A DNA stretch of 64,000 nucleotides. Origin: a virus. Shown in pieces: positions 35,941-45,998 of this stretch (position 1 is the stretch's first letter; each line of letters starts with the position of its first letter). The notes under the pieces are model-generated. The model did no database searches. It was given only the letters and a program-made list of their open reading frames with translations, and was not told the DNA's origin. The DNA lies in the IMG/VR virus record IMGVR_UViG_3300001336_000010, positions 11,286 through 75,285 of that record; one strand, given 5' to 3'. The translations under genes and the position numbers were made by a program.

Positions 35941-38388
35941 TCACGACGTCTTCTCGTTCACAAGTGTGATCAAGTCGTAATACGTCTCTTGGCCTCCCAT
36001 CGCGTTGGTCTCGATCACCAGGTTGAACTTCATTTCGCTCTGCATTTCCCGCATTTGCTGACGGAAGGCCCTCAAACCAACAGGCTTCGCACCCCCCGGA
36101 CCGAAGCAGAAACTCCAATACTCTTTGTACAGCTTGTTTTCCAAGGTGCGGCTCGAATGATTGGGACAGGAGTCCCGAACGATCCTGATCGCTGGGGACT
36201 CCTCCATAAAAAAACGCACAGAGTTGTTCTCCTGTGCCACTTCCCGCAGGAGTTGTTTGTGAGACATAGGCAGGGTGTATTCGCTGTTGCGCACCAGACG
36301 CGCCAGGCCCAGGACTGCCCAAGCGACGATCGACTCGCGTTCCTCCGACACGATGATGTTACCAAGGTCCACCCGGCGCTTGCTGGGGTCCACCGGCTTG
36401 TTGAACTCGAGGATCAGCCACCGTCGGTTGAAGCCCTCCGAGGTGTCGTCTGTCTTCGGCGTGTGATTGGATGCGAACCAGTGTGTGCAGTTGGGCCTGA
36501 ACTTGAAGATCTGCTGGCCTTTCTGCTGGCCCGACATCTCTGCGCCATCGACGATATCCTTGAAGCGCTGGCCGTCGATCTTCTTCTTTTCCGACAGCTC
36601 CCCGCACACGTTGATCAGCTTCTCATGCATCATCGTGGGCATGAACTTGTCGCCCCATTCGTTCGGAGGCACAAAACACTTGGCCTCCTCCGGCACCAGC
36701 GACTGAGCAATGGTCAGCATCTGAGATTTGCCGGATTTTGCCACCCCCTGGCACAGCACCACTCGCTGGTAGCGCGGGCCGAGCCCGAAAAGGGTCACGG
36801 ACAGTGCCTCCTGGAGCGCATCGACCTTGTCATAGAAGTCTTCGTCATGGCCCCAGCTGTCATGCAGGAACTGAAAGAAGTGGGGGCTGTTACCGGCCTC
36901 CTCGGGCAGGTATCGAAACGGCAGCGTGTAGACCATCCCGAAGTCAGGGCTGTGGTCATGCAGGACCAGGTCTTCGTCCAGAAACCCGTTGGCGAAGTTT
37001 ACGCCCCGCTTCTCGCTGGTCTTGATACCTGTGTCGGCCAGGTTCAGGATGGTCGCGTAGATGCCTTTGTGGTCGGAATGCTTCTTTCCGGCCTGCAAAT
37101 GCCCATATTCCTGCGAAATTCGGGCCATAATGGTCTCTTGGGGCATTTCTTCCCAGTGTGAGCCCATATAACGCCACAAACCGGCGCCATAACGGCGAAT
37201 TTCGTTCAACTGGGTCAGATCCTCCAACACGGCCTGGGCGATCTCGTTATGATCCGACCCAGTGATGCCATTGGACCTTAGTTCGCGGATCCGCTGCTTC
37301 AGCAGGGGGGCCCGGGCCCCGATTGCCCCCACATCGGCGATATACTGGACCAGTCGGCCTTCATCCAAGCTGCTGAGGTTGCTCGATCGGGCCACGCGCT
37401 CCAAAATCTGATCAACCGCGGCCGCACGACCCCGGCTCTGCTCCGGGTGGCGTGTAAACTCGTCCTGGAGGAAGTCGATCATCTCGTCGTAGGACCACTC
37501 TTCGTCGTCCTTGCTGAAATTCAGGCCGAGTTCGCGCTTTTCCTCCTCGGTCATGTCCGCGTCCCAACCCTCGGGCAACGGCTTGCGCTTCTCGTGGACG
37601 TCACGATGGAGGAAGCGGATCAGGTTGTCGACGTGCTTCTCGACATCAACGCCGTCCCCGGCCACGGCTTCGACGAACTCGGTGTTGTAGGAGCGCAGCA
37701 TACCCACGGCTTCCTTGACCGTGCGCTCCCCGCGCATCACAGCGTAGGCGAACAGGCCGGCCTTCTCGGTAAGCGAGATGTCACGCGCCCCGGAGGACAC
37801 GAAATCGGTGACCCGGCTGGATCCGGAGATAGACAGCTGGACGCCACCCTCAGTCTGTAGGGCACCCCGAAGGATTTCCTCGATCTGAGGGTCCAGAACC
37901 GGCAGTTTGTCCAAGACCGACAGCAGATCGCAGTTGGCCTTATAGGGCATGCCGGTCTTAGGGTGGATCGAGGGAGGCAACACCACCTGGGTCCGCTCCG
38001 ACAGCAACTCGCAGAGGCTTTCACCCGAAGCGGTCTTGATCCGGAATGTCTTGTGACCGGTGTATTTGAAGGCCAGAACCATACCCTTCTGGCCGATCCG
38101 GACCCAGGGGGACGGGGGCAGAAGGTCTCGAATGAGCTGGATCAGCCCCTCGTTCTCGGTATCGATGTCGAGAACACAGATCCCCGACTGCTTGCCCAGA
38201 ACGAGGCCTATGTTCCCGGTCGAGCAGGACTGAAGCCAGTCGGCTTGGACCTGTTCGGGGACCGGGGTGTCGTGATACTGGCTCCATTCCATGGGAACGG
38301 GGCGTTTTTCGCGGGAGTAGAGGGGGATGACTGACAGCCCCTGGGCGAAATACCTTGGGGCTGTATCGGCGAAAATATTGTCGCTCAT
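35941..38388 (-). CDS. Primase-polymerase fused to D5-like SF3 helicase
   Basis: NIGLVLG..VLDID, VLPPSIHP prim-pol motifs; VNFANG, GVAKSGKS, ASNHTP, GFNRRW. Confidence 0.92.
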   Translation of the reverse strand: MSDNIFADTAPRYFAQGLSVIPLYSREKRPVPMEWSQYHDTPVPEQVQADWLQSCSTGNIGLVLGKQSGICVLDIDTENEGLIQLIRDLLPPSPWVRIGQKGMVLAFKYTGHKTFRIKTASGESLCELLSERTQVVLPPSIHPKTGMPYKANCDLLSVLDKLPVLDPQIEEILRGALQTEGGVQLSISGSSRVTDFVSSGARDISLTEKAGLFAYAVMRGERTVKEAVGMLRSYNTEFVEAVAGDGVDVEKHVDNLIRFLHRDVHEKRKPLPEGWDADMTEEEKRELGLNFSKDDEEWSYDEMIDFLQDEFTRHPEQSRGRAAAVDQILERVARSSNLSSLDEGRLVQYIADVGAIGARAPLLKQRIRELRSNGITGSDHNEIAQAVLEDLTQLNEIRRYGAGLWRYMGSHWEEMPQETIMARISQEYGHLQAGKKHSDHKGIYATILNLADTGIKTSEKRGVNFANGFLDEDLVLHDHSPDFGMVYTLPFRYLPEEAGNSPHFFQFLHDSWGHDEDFYDKVDALQEALSVTLFGLGPRYQRVVLCQGVAKSGKSQMLTIAQSLVPEEAKCFVPPNEWGDKFMPTMMHEKLINVCGELSEKKKIDGQRFKDIVDGAEMSGQQKGQQIFKFRPNCTHWFASNHTPKTDDTSEGFNRRWLILEFNKPVDPSKRRVDLGNIIVSEERESIVAWAVLGLARLVRNSEYTLPMSHKQLLREVAQENNSVRFFMEESPAIRIVRDSCPNHSSRTLENKLYKEYWSFCFGPGGAKPVGLRAFRQQMREMQSEMKFNLVIETNAMGGQETYYDLITLVNEKTS

Positions 38389-38861
38389 GTCGAGGGTTCC
38401 AATGCTTCCTGAAGCCGTTCCATCACCTTCGTGCGCTGGGTAGCGTCCATCTCATCTTCCATGATCGAGAGCACGGTGTCGTGGAAGCGGCTGATTTGCT
38501 TGAGATTGGCCGTGCGTTCCTGAATGCCGACGATTTTGTCGAGCAGCGCGGTCGCGGTGCGGAAGTAGGCCATCGTTTCGGTGTTGTCCTTGGCATCCAG
38601 CTTCTTGCTGAAGTCCGTCAGCAGCTTGAACAGGTCATTGCTTTCCCGCTCCAACCTGGCCCATTTGCCGCCCTCGAGCGGCTCGTCTTCCTCGGACGCG
38701 GCCGCGGCGACTTGGGTCACCAGCTTGTCCAAGACCACCAGCTCGTCCCCCGAATAGGGGGCATCGAGGAGGTACTCGGGGTCGCTTTCTATGTTCTGCA
38801 GGATGATGTCGAGTGCAAACGCCGCACCCTCGGGTAGCGGGGGATAGTAGAAGTCGTTCAT
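38385..38861 (-). CDS. Helical hypothetical protein divergent from terminase (possible small terminase)
   Basis: 158 aa; function from position only. Confidence 0.55.
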   Translation of the reverse strand: MNDFYYPPLPEGAAFALDIILQNIESDPEYLLDAPYSGDELVVLDKLVTQVAAAASEEDEPLEGGKWARLERESNDLFKLLTDFSKKLDAKDNTETMAYFRTATALLDKIVGIQERTANLKQISRFHDTVLSIMEDEMDATQRTKVMERLQEALEPST

Positions 38862-38996
38862 GTAGCTCTCCAGTTTGGCAAAACCGTTATACAGTCAAAA
38901 ACTGAAACATAAAGTTTTGCTTTTCGTTCATTTCGGGAAATTGAAGTCGTCTTGCAGTTAGAATGAAGATGAGCTAGAGGTATATCAAGTCTACGT

Positions 38997-40754
38997 TTGA
39001 GGATTTTCGTGCAAAACCCGTACCTCCTGGAGCTGATCCGTCGGGCGCAAGCCCGATACAACATCGAGACCGTCGATATGGCTCTGGGGGAATGGATCTG
39101 TCAGAACACGCACCTGCGTGGCCGACCCTTCAATTTCGACAGATATCCCTTCCAGCGGCAGATCACGGACGACCTCCACCCCAACATGGATGTGATCAAG
39201 CCGTCGCAGGTGGGCCTGAGCGAAGTGCAGATCCGTAAGTCTCTGGCGTTCATCGCCCGGAACCGCGGCACCACCCTGATCTTCACCATGCCGAACGAGA
39301 AGATGTTCAAGCGCATGTCGACCACCAGGATCAAACCACTGGTGGAAGAGGAGAAAGCCTTCAACCTAGAGACGCGGACAGGCGAGAAGCCGGCGCGATC
39401 CATGGGTCTGTTCCAGGTCGGAAGCAGTTTCATGTTCGTGACCGGTGCGACCGAGGGGGATGCCACCTCGATCTCGGCCGATGTGGTTATGAACGACGAG
39501 ATTGACTTGACTGACCAGCAGATGCTGACGTTGTTCAACTCTCGCCTGCAGAACTCTGACTGGAAGATCAATCAGCGCTTCTCGACCCCGACTTTCTCCA
39601 ACTTTGGAGTGGACAAGGGCTACTCGGTGTCGGACCAGCGCGAGTATCTGTGCAAATGCACGGCCTGTAACCACTGGCAGGCCCCGCTGTTCCGGCCGCA
39701 ATTCATCCATGTTCCAGGGTTGTCGAGCGACGTTGGAGATCTGCTGGAGATCGACGAGCAGATGATCGACGAGGGCAAGGTCGACATTCAGGGCAGCTAC
39801 GTCAAATGTGAGAAGTGCCATTCGCCCCTGGACCTCGGGAACTCCGAGAACCGGGAGTGGGTGGCCCGTTTCGCCTCCCGGACGCATCACCGTGGCTACC
39901 GCGTGTCGCCATTCTCGACCGATCGACTGCCTCCGGAATACATCCTGACCCAGATGATGAAGTACAAGTCCCGCGACTACATGCGGGGCTGGTATAACAC
40001 CGTGCTGGGGGAGGCCCACACTGATGGCAACTCGCGCCTGTCGGACGCCGACATCCAGGCGTGTTTCACCTCACAGATGAGCATCCCTAAGGTCGATATC
40101 GTCAAGCCAACATGGGTTGGCATCGATATGGGGGCGGTCTGCCATGTGATCGTGGCCCAGGGCGACAGCGTCGAGAGCCTGGACCTGATCCGTTTCAGCG
40201 AAGTGCCAGTCAAGGAGCTGAATGACCATGTCAAGGACATCCTGGCCACATACAACGTGATTGGAGGGGCCGTCGACAGGCACCCCTACACTCCGAATGC
40301 CGACGATCTTTTCGAGATTTCCCAAGGCAAGATCCTGCCTGTGGAATACCGGGGCCAGAAGAGCGTCAACCTGGTCGAGGACCAGGTGACGGAAGAGGTG
40401 ATCTACGCCCAGGCCCACCGGACGACGGCCATTGACGCGGTCGCGGCCGCGGTGCGCCGGAAGCGGTGGCGCTTCTCAGGATATGGTAACCAGAAGTCGA
40501 TCATCACGGATCATCTCAAGGACATGGTGCGGGACGAGAACCCGGAGAAGGAAGCGACCTGGGTCAAGCTGAGCAACAACGACCACTATTTCCACGCCAT
40601 GGTGTTCCTGGGCCTGGGTCTGAAGCTGAAAGAGACCCAACGAGGCCTAACCGAGAACCCTCGGACCAGTGCCATCGTCTCGAGCGCGAACATGACCCAC
40701 GCGCACAACAACCTCCTGCATAAGCCCAAACGACCCGGCGCCGGATTGCTCTAA
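38997..40754 (+). CDS. Terminase large subunit (lambda gpA-like)
   Basis: YPFQ, KPSQVGLSE, NDEID, FSTPT, SDQR, CxxC pairs, GIDMG nuclease, DHYFHA. Confidence 0.9.
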   Translation: MRIFVQNPYLLELIRRAQARYNIETVDMALGEWICQNTHLRGRPFNFDRYPFQRQITDDLHPNMDVIKPSQVGLSEVQIRKSLAFIARNRGTTLIFTMPNEKMFKRMSTTRIKPLVEEEKAFNLETRTGEKPARSMGLFQVGSSFMFVTGATEGDATSISADVVMNDEIDLTDQQMLTLFNSRLQNSDWKINQRFSTPTFSNFGVDKGYSVSDQREYLCKCTACNHWQAPLFRPQFIHVPGLSSDVGDLLEIDEQMIDEGKVDIQGSYVKCEKCHSPLDLGNSENREWVARFASRTHHRGYRVSPFSTDRLPPEYILTQMMKYKSRDYMRGWYNTVLGEAHTDGNSRLSDADIQACFTSQMSIPKVDIVKPTWVGIDMGAVCHVIVAQGDSVESLDLIRFSEVPVKELNDHVKDILATYNVIGGAVDRHPYTPNADDLFEISQGKILPVEYRGQKSVNLVEDQVTEEVIYAQAHRTTAIDAVAAAVRRKRWRFSGYGNQKSIITDHLKDMVRDENPEKEATWVKLSNNDHYFHAMVFLGLGLKLKETQRGLTENPRTSAIVSSANMTHAHNNLLHKPKRPGAGLL

Positions 40755-40832
40755 GGCAGATTTTCAAGATGCCCTCTAGTAGGCTGAAGTCCTTATCTGG
40801 TATATGTCAAGTCAAACCGGATAGGATTTCTA

Positions 40833-42314
40833 ATGGCTGGCGCTCTCGACAGTATTCTCAAAGTCGTATTCCCACGGCGAATGAAGCCCAAGGGCACTGC
40901 TCAAACGAACACCTATTCGGCTGACCGAACAGACCAAGTCCTGTCGGCCCCCGACTACCGAGACCACCTCAAGGATCTGTTCAACACTCGGCAGAGCGAG
41001 AGCAGCCAAAGCCTCCTCAAAGAGCTGTTTGTCCACGACCCGGATGTTTCAGCGGCGGTCAACGCTTTTCTGACCGTGGCGGATACCGAGCCGGTATTCA
41101 CTGTGCGGGATCCAGACGGCAAGTTCGATCGCGAGGGCCAGAAGGCTCTGAACACGATCATCGCCACATTGACCACCCGCTACGATTACTCGAAGGGCTT
41201 CATGATGAAGCCGTCGATCCGCGCCTTGTGCGAGGACATGCGGTATATGCTGCTGCTGCGCGGGGGCATTGGCGAGGAACTGGTCTTCGACAAGTCCCAG
41301 ATGCCTGTCGAGGTGCGCCACGTTGACATGCAGAGCGTGGAGTGGTTCGAGAAAGAGCCCAACATGTTCGTGCCGCAGCAGCGGGCACCAGCCTCCAACG
41401 AGGAGATCAGCCTGGACGTGCCGACCTTCTTCGTGAAGTTCTTCCGCCGCGACCCGACCTCGATCTATACCTTCTCTCCCTTCGTCAGCTCGATCAACAC
41501 CGTCGCCGCCCGCCAACAGGTCATCAATGACCTGTATCGGATCATGCAGACCACGGGTTTCCCCCGGATCGAGGCCAGCGTGATGGAAGAGGTGCTTCTG
41601 AAAAACGCACCGGCCGAGATCCAGGCAAACGGCAAGAAGCAGCGTGAATACGTCGAGCAGGAGATCGCCCGCGTTCAGACCTTCCTGTCCAACGTCCGCG
41701 CCGACCAGGCCCTGGTCCACACAGACGCGGTCGAGATGTCGATGTTCAATGACAAGAACCCGAGCAATGGTCTGGACATCACCAGCATCATCGGGGCTTT
41801 GAACGCCATGAACCAGGCCGGCCTGCGCTCCATGGCCACCATCCTGGGACGCGGCGAAAGCGGGGTCAACACGGCCTCCGTCGAGGCGCGGATCTTCTCC
41901 ATGCATGCTGAGGCACTGAACAAGCCGATCGCCGATCTTCTGTCCCAGATGCTGACCATGGCGCTTCGCGTCGTGGCCCAGTCCGAGAGCCGGGTCGAGT
42001 GCCGCTTCCGTCCGGTCGAGCTGCGGCCGCAGACCGAGCTTGAGCCGCAGCTGACCATGCGGGCCGCGCGTCTCAAGGAGGATCTGTCCCTCGGGGTTAT
42101 CTCGGACGACGAGTATCACCTGGAGATGTACAACCGGATCCGCCCGGACGACGCCCCGGAGCTCTCTGGCACAGGCTTCATGCAATCGCAAAACATCGGC
42201 GTGGACGAGAACAACGTCACCCCGAACGCCGACCCGATGGGACGGTCTTTGACCCCCAAAGGTAGCGCGTCGGCGAAGGGCAGCGACGTCACCAAGAAGC
42301 CAGCTCCGAAGTAA
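40833..42314 (+). CDS. Portal protein
   Basis: 493 aa directly after terminase. Confidence 0.8.
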   Translation: MAGALDSILKVVFPRRMKPKGTAQTNTYSADRTDQVLSAPDYRDHLKDLFNTRQSESSQSLLKELFVHDPDVSAAVNAFLTVADTEPVFTVRDPDGKFDREGQKALNTIIATLTTRYDYSKGFMMKPSIRALCEDMRYMLLLRGGIGEELVFDKSQMPVEVRHVDMQSVEWFEKEPNMFVPQQRAPASNEEISLDVPTFFVKFFRRDPTSIYTFSPFVSSINTVAARQQVINDLYRIMQTTGFPRIEASVMEEVLLKNAPAEIQANGKKQREYVEQEIARVQTFLSNVRADQALVHTDAVEMSMFNDKNPSNGLDITSIIGALNAMNQAGLRSMATILGRGESGVNTASVEARIFSMHAEALNKPIADLLSQMLTMALRVVAQSESRVECRFRPVELRPQTELEPQLTMRAARLKEDLSLGVISDDEYHLEMYNRIRPDDAPELSGTGFMQSQNIGVDENNVTPNADPMGRSLTPKGSASAKGSDVTKKPAPK

Positions 42315-42330
42315 CAGGTAGGAATCATCC

Positions 42331-43206
42331 ATGACGCTTTCCACAACCATTGTTACAGGGGTGCTCTATAACCCCGCAGGCGCGGTTCTTGCCAATAAGC
42401 GGATCGAAATCAGGCCCCTTTCAGGCGGCATCTCGAGTGTTGCGGGTGGCGCCCGTATCCCCCTCCAAATGGTTGGGTCAACCGACGAGAATGGGGCAAT
42501 CGGCCTCCAGTCAGAGAATGGGTTTACTGTTGGAGTTCCCCTTTCCATGGGGAAATACCACCTCAACGTGGACCGTATGACCCAAGTTCTCACGATCGAC
42601 GCCGCCATGGTGGCAAGTGGGGCTGTGAACCTTCAAGACACACTGGTGGGGGAGACTGAGGTTGTCCCCCGAGACCGGGGGTTGCCCCCAGGGGGCGTTT
42701 TTGGGCAGGTTCTGGCCAAGACGTCTTCGCTTGAATATGCAGTTTCATGGGTAACCCCCACGAACGCAGAAACGGAAGATGGGGCAACCCTGGTCACCTG
42801 GGAAAGCGTTACGGACAAACCGGCCACCTTCCCACCGACGAGCCACCAGCATCAGATCTCAGACATCTCCGGTCTCCAGGAGGCCATTTCGGCCGAGATC
42901 CTGTGGGGGGATATTAGTCAGAAACCAGAACTCTACTCCAGGGCCCAAGTCGATACCCTGGTGCAGAATTTCGAGACGTCTTCCCAGATTGACCAACGAG
43001 ATTTGGCAAACCGGGATCGGGGCAACCACGAGGGGACACAAGCGGCCGAGACTATTTCTGATTTCAATGCAGCTGTGGATGCCCGACTGCAAAGCAGCGA
43101 CAAGGTCTCCAGCAGCAGCGTCACGAACATCGTTTCGCTGACCCAGACTGAATATGACGCTCTCGAGACCATAAGCCCCACCACGCTCTATGTGATTGTC
43201 GAATGA
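42331..43206 (+). CDS. Fibre-like virion protein
   Basis: GLPPGG..GQVLAK, W..VTDKP.TFPP..H.H.ISDI.GL, LTQTEYDAL..TTLYVI fibre motifs. Confidence 0.65.
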   Translation: MTLSTTIVTGVLYNPAGAVLANKRIEIRPLSGGISSVAGGARIPLQMVGSTDENGAIGLQSENGFTVGVPLSMGKYHLNVDRMTQVLTIDAAMVASGAVNLQDTLVGETEVVPRDRGLPPGGVFGQVLAKTSSLEYAVSWVTPTNAETEDGATLVTWESVTDKPATFPPTSHQHQISDISGLQEAISAEILWGDISQKPELYSRAQVDTLVQNFETSSQIDQRDLANRDRGNHEGTQAAETISDFNAAVDARLQSSDKVSSSSVTNIVSLTQTEYDALETISPTTLYVIVE

Positions 43207-44003
43207 GACTGGATAAGCTTTTTCTGGGGCAACTGCCCGCCAGCCAGGCTTATCTTGGGGGTAGCCTGATCTCCACGGGACAGGTGCTTCCGCCCACTGA
43301 TGAAGGGGGAGGTGATAGTGAAAACCAGATTTTCCCGACGTCTTTCTATGGGGTGGGCCCTGGACAGATACCGACACATTGGGATTTTCGGGCCGCGGCT
43401 GCAACGCAGAGCCTCGCGGACTCGGCTCCCTACGGCCCAACCCCCAACCTGGGTGGGGCGGGATCGATGTTCAATCTAACCCCAGGGCCGGATCCTGTGC
43501 TTTACGACAGTACCTTTGACGCCAGCCAGAACAACGGCACTACCAGCCGGATGGAGATAGACAACCGGGTAGATCTCGTGGGGGTACACACCATGTTCAC
43601 TGGCTACCTGACCAAGGATGCTGCAACCACCCTTGGTTTCAACAAGAGCTTTAAGACTGAGATACGTTTCATTCCTGGCAATAATCGCGTGAACATCACC
43701 TCGTCTGAGGGTACACGGTCGTTTTTTGGGCCCGTGCCAGACAACCAGTGGTTTGTGGGAGAGCTTATATGTGATGGCAGTACGCTCGATGTCCGCATCA
43801 ATGGGCAGAGCCTCGGCCAGCAACCCCTAGCTTTGTCCCCGGGGGATTTGGCTGTCGACGTGCTGTTCAACCGGGCGTCCCACACAGTTCCATTCAATGG
43901 CTACTGCACCGACGCATTGGGGATCATCCTCGGGGGAGATCCTGAAGTCTACACCACTGCGCGCCAGTACCTGGCCGACAAAGTAGGGATTACTCTCCCA
44001 TGA
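43203..44003 (+). CDS. Beta-rich (lectin/LamG-like) partner of fibre protein
   Basis: Overlaps fibre gene; ends YLADKVGITLP. Confidence 0.5.
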   Translation: MRLDKLFLGQLPASQAYLGGSLISTGQVLPPTDEGGGDSENQIFPTSFYGVGPGQIPTHWDFRAAAATQSLADSAPYGPTPNLGGAGSMFNLTPGPDPVLYDSTFDASQNNGTTSRMEIDNRVDLVGVHTMFTGYLTKDAATTLGFNKSFKTEIRFIPGNNRVNITSSEGTRSFFGPVPDNQWFVGELICDGSTLDVRINGQSLGQQPLALSPGDLAVDVLFNRASHTVPFNGYCTDALGIILGGDPEVYTTARQYLADKVGITLP

Positions 44004-44350
44004 TAAAAAGGCTCTGGGATATTTTCAAAGTTCCAGGGGGGAACACGACGCCGCACCACCGGGGGGCGACTTTCTTCTGGCACTGGGGGCTGGGCATTCT
44101 GCCAGGAGCTTTGCTGGGAACCTGGGGGTGGGAACCTGGGCTGGCCACAGCCCTAACTGTGGGGGTGGTCTACTGGGGGCTCAAGGAGCGCCAGGACATC
44201 GCGTCTGGAGGGTCTCGTCGTGACAGTTTCGAGGACTCCCTTGCTGTGGCTTTGGGGGGAACAGCAGGGGCCATGGTGCCTGAAGTGTTCGTCCCAGTCC
44301 TTCTAGGACATCTGGGGGCGTTGATTGTCACAGCGGCAAATCCGCGCTGA
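44000..44350 (+). CDS. Membrane protein
   Basis: Hydrophobic helices, KE..D...DS.ED motif. Confidence 0.6.
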   Translation: MIKRLWDIFKVPGGNTTPHHRGATFFWHWGLGILPGALLGTWGWEPGLATALTVGVVYWGLKERQDIASGGSRRDSFEDSLAVALGGTAGAMVPEVFVPVLLGHLGALIVTAANPR

Positions 44351-44437
44351 AGATTTTCAAATAACTACTTGGCTTGACTTGGAGGTATCGGTTATCTTGC
44401 CAGTCAAATAACCACCTAACGGATGTGAACCAGGTAG

Positions 44438-45550
44438 ATGCTGCGTCAAAAGCAAGTCGAAATCACGGACGAGATTGTTGCCCAGATCGAGCAGGTTACC
44501 AAAACCTCGATCGATCGGAACAACATCATCGTCTTCGAAGCCGCCGCGCTTTCGACCGAGCCACTCCACAAGCGCGGCTCGATCTACCATGAAGCGCGCG
44601 CGGTGCGTAGCACCCTCGAGGACATGGTTCAGCGGCTCAACTCCGGTGAGGAGAGCGTCCCTCTCCACACAATGCATATGCAGAGCAACGAGCTGCCCAA
44701 GGGGCGTGTGTTCCAGGCCCGTATTTCGGACGAGCCCAACGGCTCCAGTGTTCTGCGGGCGATGTTCTATCTGCCGCTCTCAGAGCGGGAGCTGATCGAG
44801 AAGATCAATCTGTCGATCCTGGACGAAGTCTCGGTTGGCCTGAAGTCAAAGCAGGCGCTCTGCTCCAAATGTGGGTTCGATTTCTTCGGCCCGGAAGCCG
44901 ACTTCATGAACCTCATGACGCAGACTTGCGACAATGATCACATCATCGGCGAAGATGGCATGCACCTGAAGCTGGTCGGTATCGATCGGTGGATGGAACT
45001 GTCGCTGGTTTCGCGCGGTGCGTCGGACAAGCCCAAGATCCTGAGCCGCGTAAAGAACCTGGTCTCCAAGGTCGAACAGGACCGGATGGCCGCGGATGGC
45101 AAGCCTCTCGAGGCGCTTTGCCTCTTCACCTCAACAGCAATGGAGACTCCCCAAATGGCGGACAAGACTGAGACCAAGGACTTCGATGCAAAAGCTGCGA
45201 TCGAAGCTCTGGAGGCCAAGATCACGGAACTGACCGAGAACCTGGCCAGCAAGGACAAAGAACCGGATGCAGAACTTCAGGCCCAGCTGGACGCGGCCAA
45301 CGCCCGCGTGGCCGAGCTGGAAGCTGCCGCTGATCCCGAGCCCGATCTGCAGGCACAGCTGGACGCGGCCAACGCCCGCATCGCTGAGCTGGAAGCTGAG
45401 CCCGAGCCCGAGCCCGAGCCCGAACCCAAAACCAACGCTGCACCGGATGTCCCGGTTGGCGGGGTGGCTGCCTCCGCAGTCTCTGACGCGAAGAAGGACG
45501 ATCATCTGCATCTTCGTGCTTCCGCGTTCAAAACCAACCGTCGCGCATAA
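44438..45550 (+). CDS. Prohead protease / scaffold
   Basis: H..LPKGRVF, EVSVG, ELSLVSRGA; coiled-coil C-terminus. Confidence 0.8.
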   Translation: MLRQKQVEITDEIVAQIEQVTKTSIDRNNIIVFEAAALSTEPLHKRGSIYHEARAVRSTLEDMVQRLNSGEESVPLHTMHMQSNELPKGRVFQARISDEPNGSSVLRAMFYLPLSERELIEKINLSILDEVSVGLKSKQALCSKCGFDFFGPEADFMNLMTQTCDNDHIIGEDGMHLKLVGIDRWMELSLVSRGASDKPKILSRVKNLVSKVEQDRMAADGKPLEALCLFTSTAMETPQMADKTETKDFDAKAAIEALEAKITELTENLASKDKEPDAELQAQLDAANARVAELEAAADPEPDLQAQLDAANARIAELEAEPEPEPEPEPKTNAAPDVPVGGVAASAVSDAKKDDHLHLRASAFKTNRRA

Positions 45551-45561
45551 GGAGAATAGAT

Positions 45562-45984
45562 ATGGCGATTATCGGTCAGGGGATCTCCCTGCGTGGGATG
45601 ACCCACGAAAAATTTCACTATCCGTTCTACCTGGTTGCAGGGATCACGAGCGCGGACGTCGGCAAGGCTGTCGCGATTGACACCTCGGCTGCAAATACCG
45701 TGAAGCTGGCCGGCGACGGTGAGCAGGTCATCGGCAACCTCGTTGTTGTTGAAGACCGAGGTGTCGAGGGCGTCCTGGTGGGCACGATCGCTCTGCGTGG
45801 TGGTTTCCGTTTCCAGGAAGTCGACACACCGGCACTGGCCCTGGCCATCGGCGACACAGTCGTTGGCGCTGGCGACGGCGAGGTGCGCGCTCGTACCAAT
45901 GCCGCAGGTGACGCCAAAGAGGCCGATCACTCGGACAACATCGTCGTCGACGTTGACGGCACCAACATCACAATCGTGCGCTAA
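45562..45984 (+). CDS. Head decoration protein
   Basis: 140-aa Gly/Ala/Val-rich gene between scaffold and capsid. Confidence 0.7.
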   Translation: MAIIGQGISLRGMTHEKFHYPFYLVAGITSADVGKAVAIDTSAANTVKLAGDGEQVIGNLVVVEDRGVEGVLVGTIALRGGFRFQEVDTPALALAIGDTVVGAGDGEVRARTNAAGDAKEADHSDNIVVDVDGTNITIVR

Positions 45985-45998
45985 GGGAGACACAGCAC

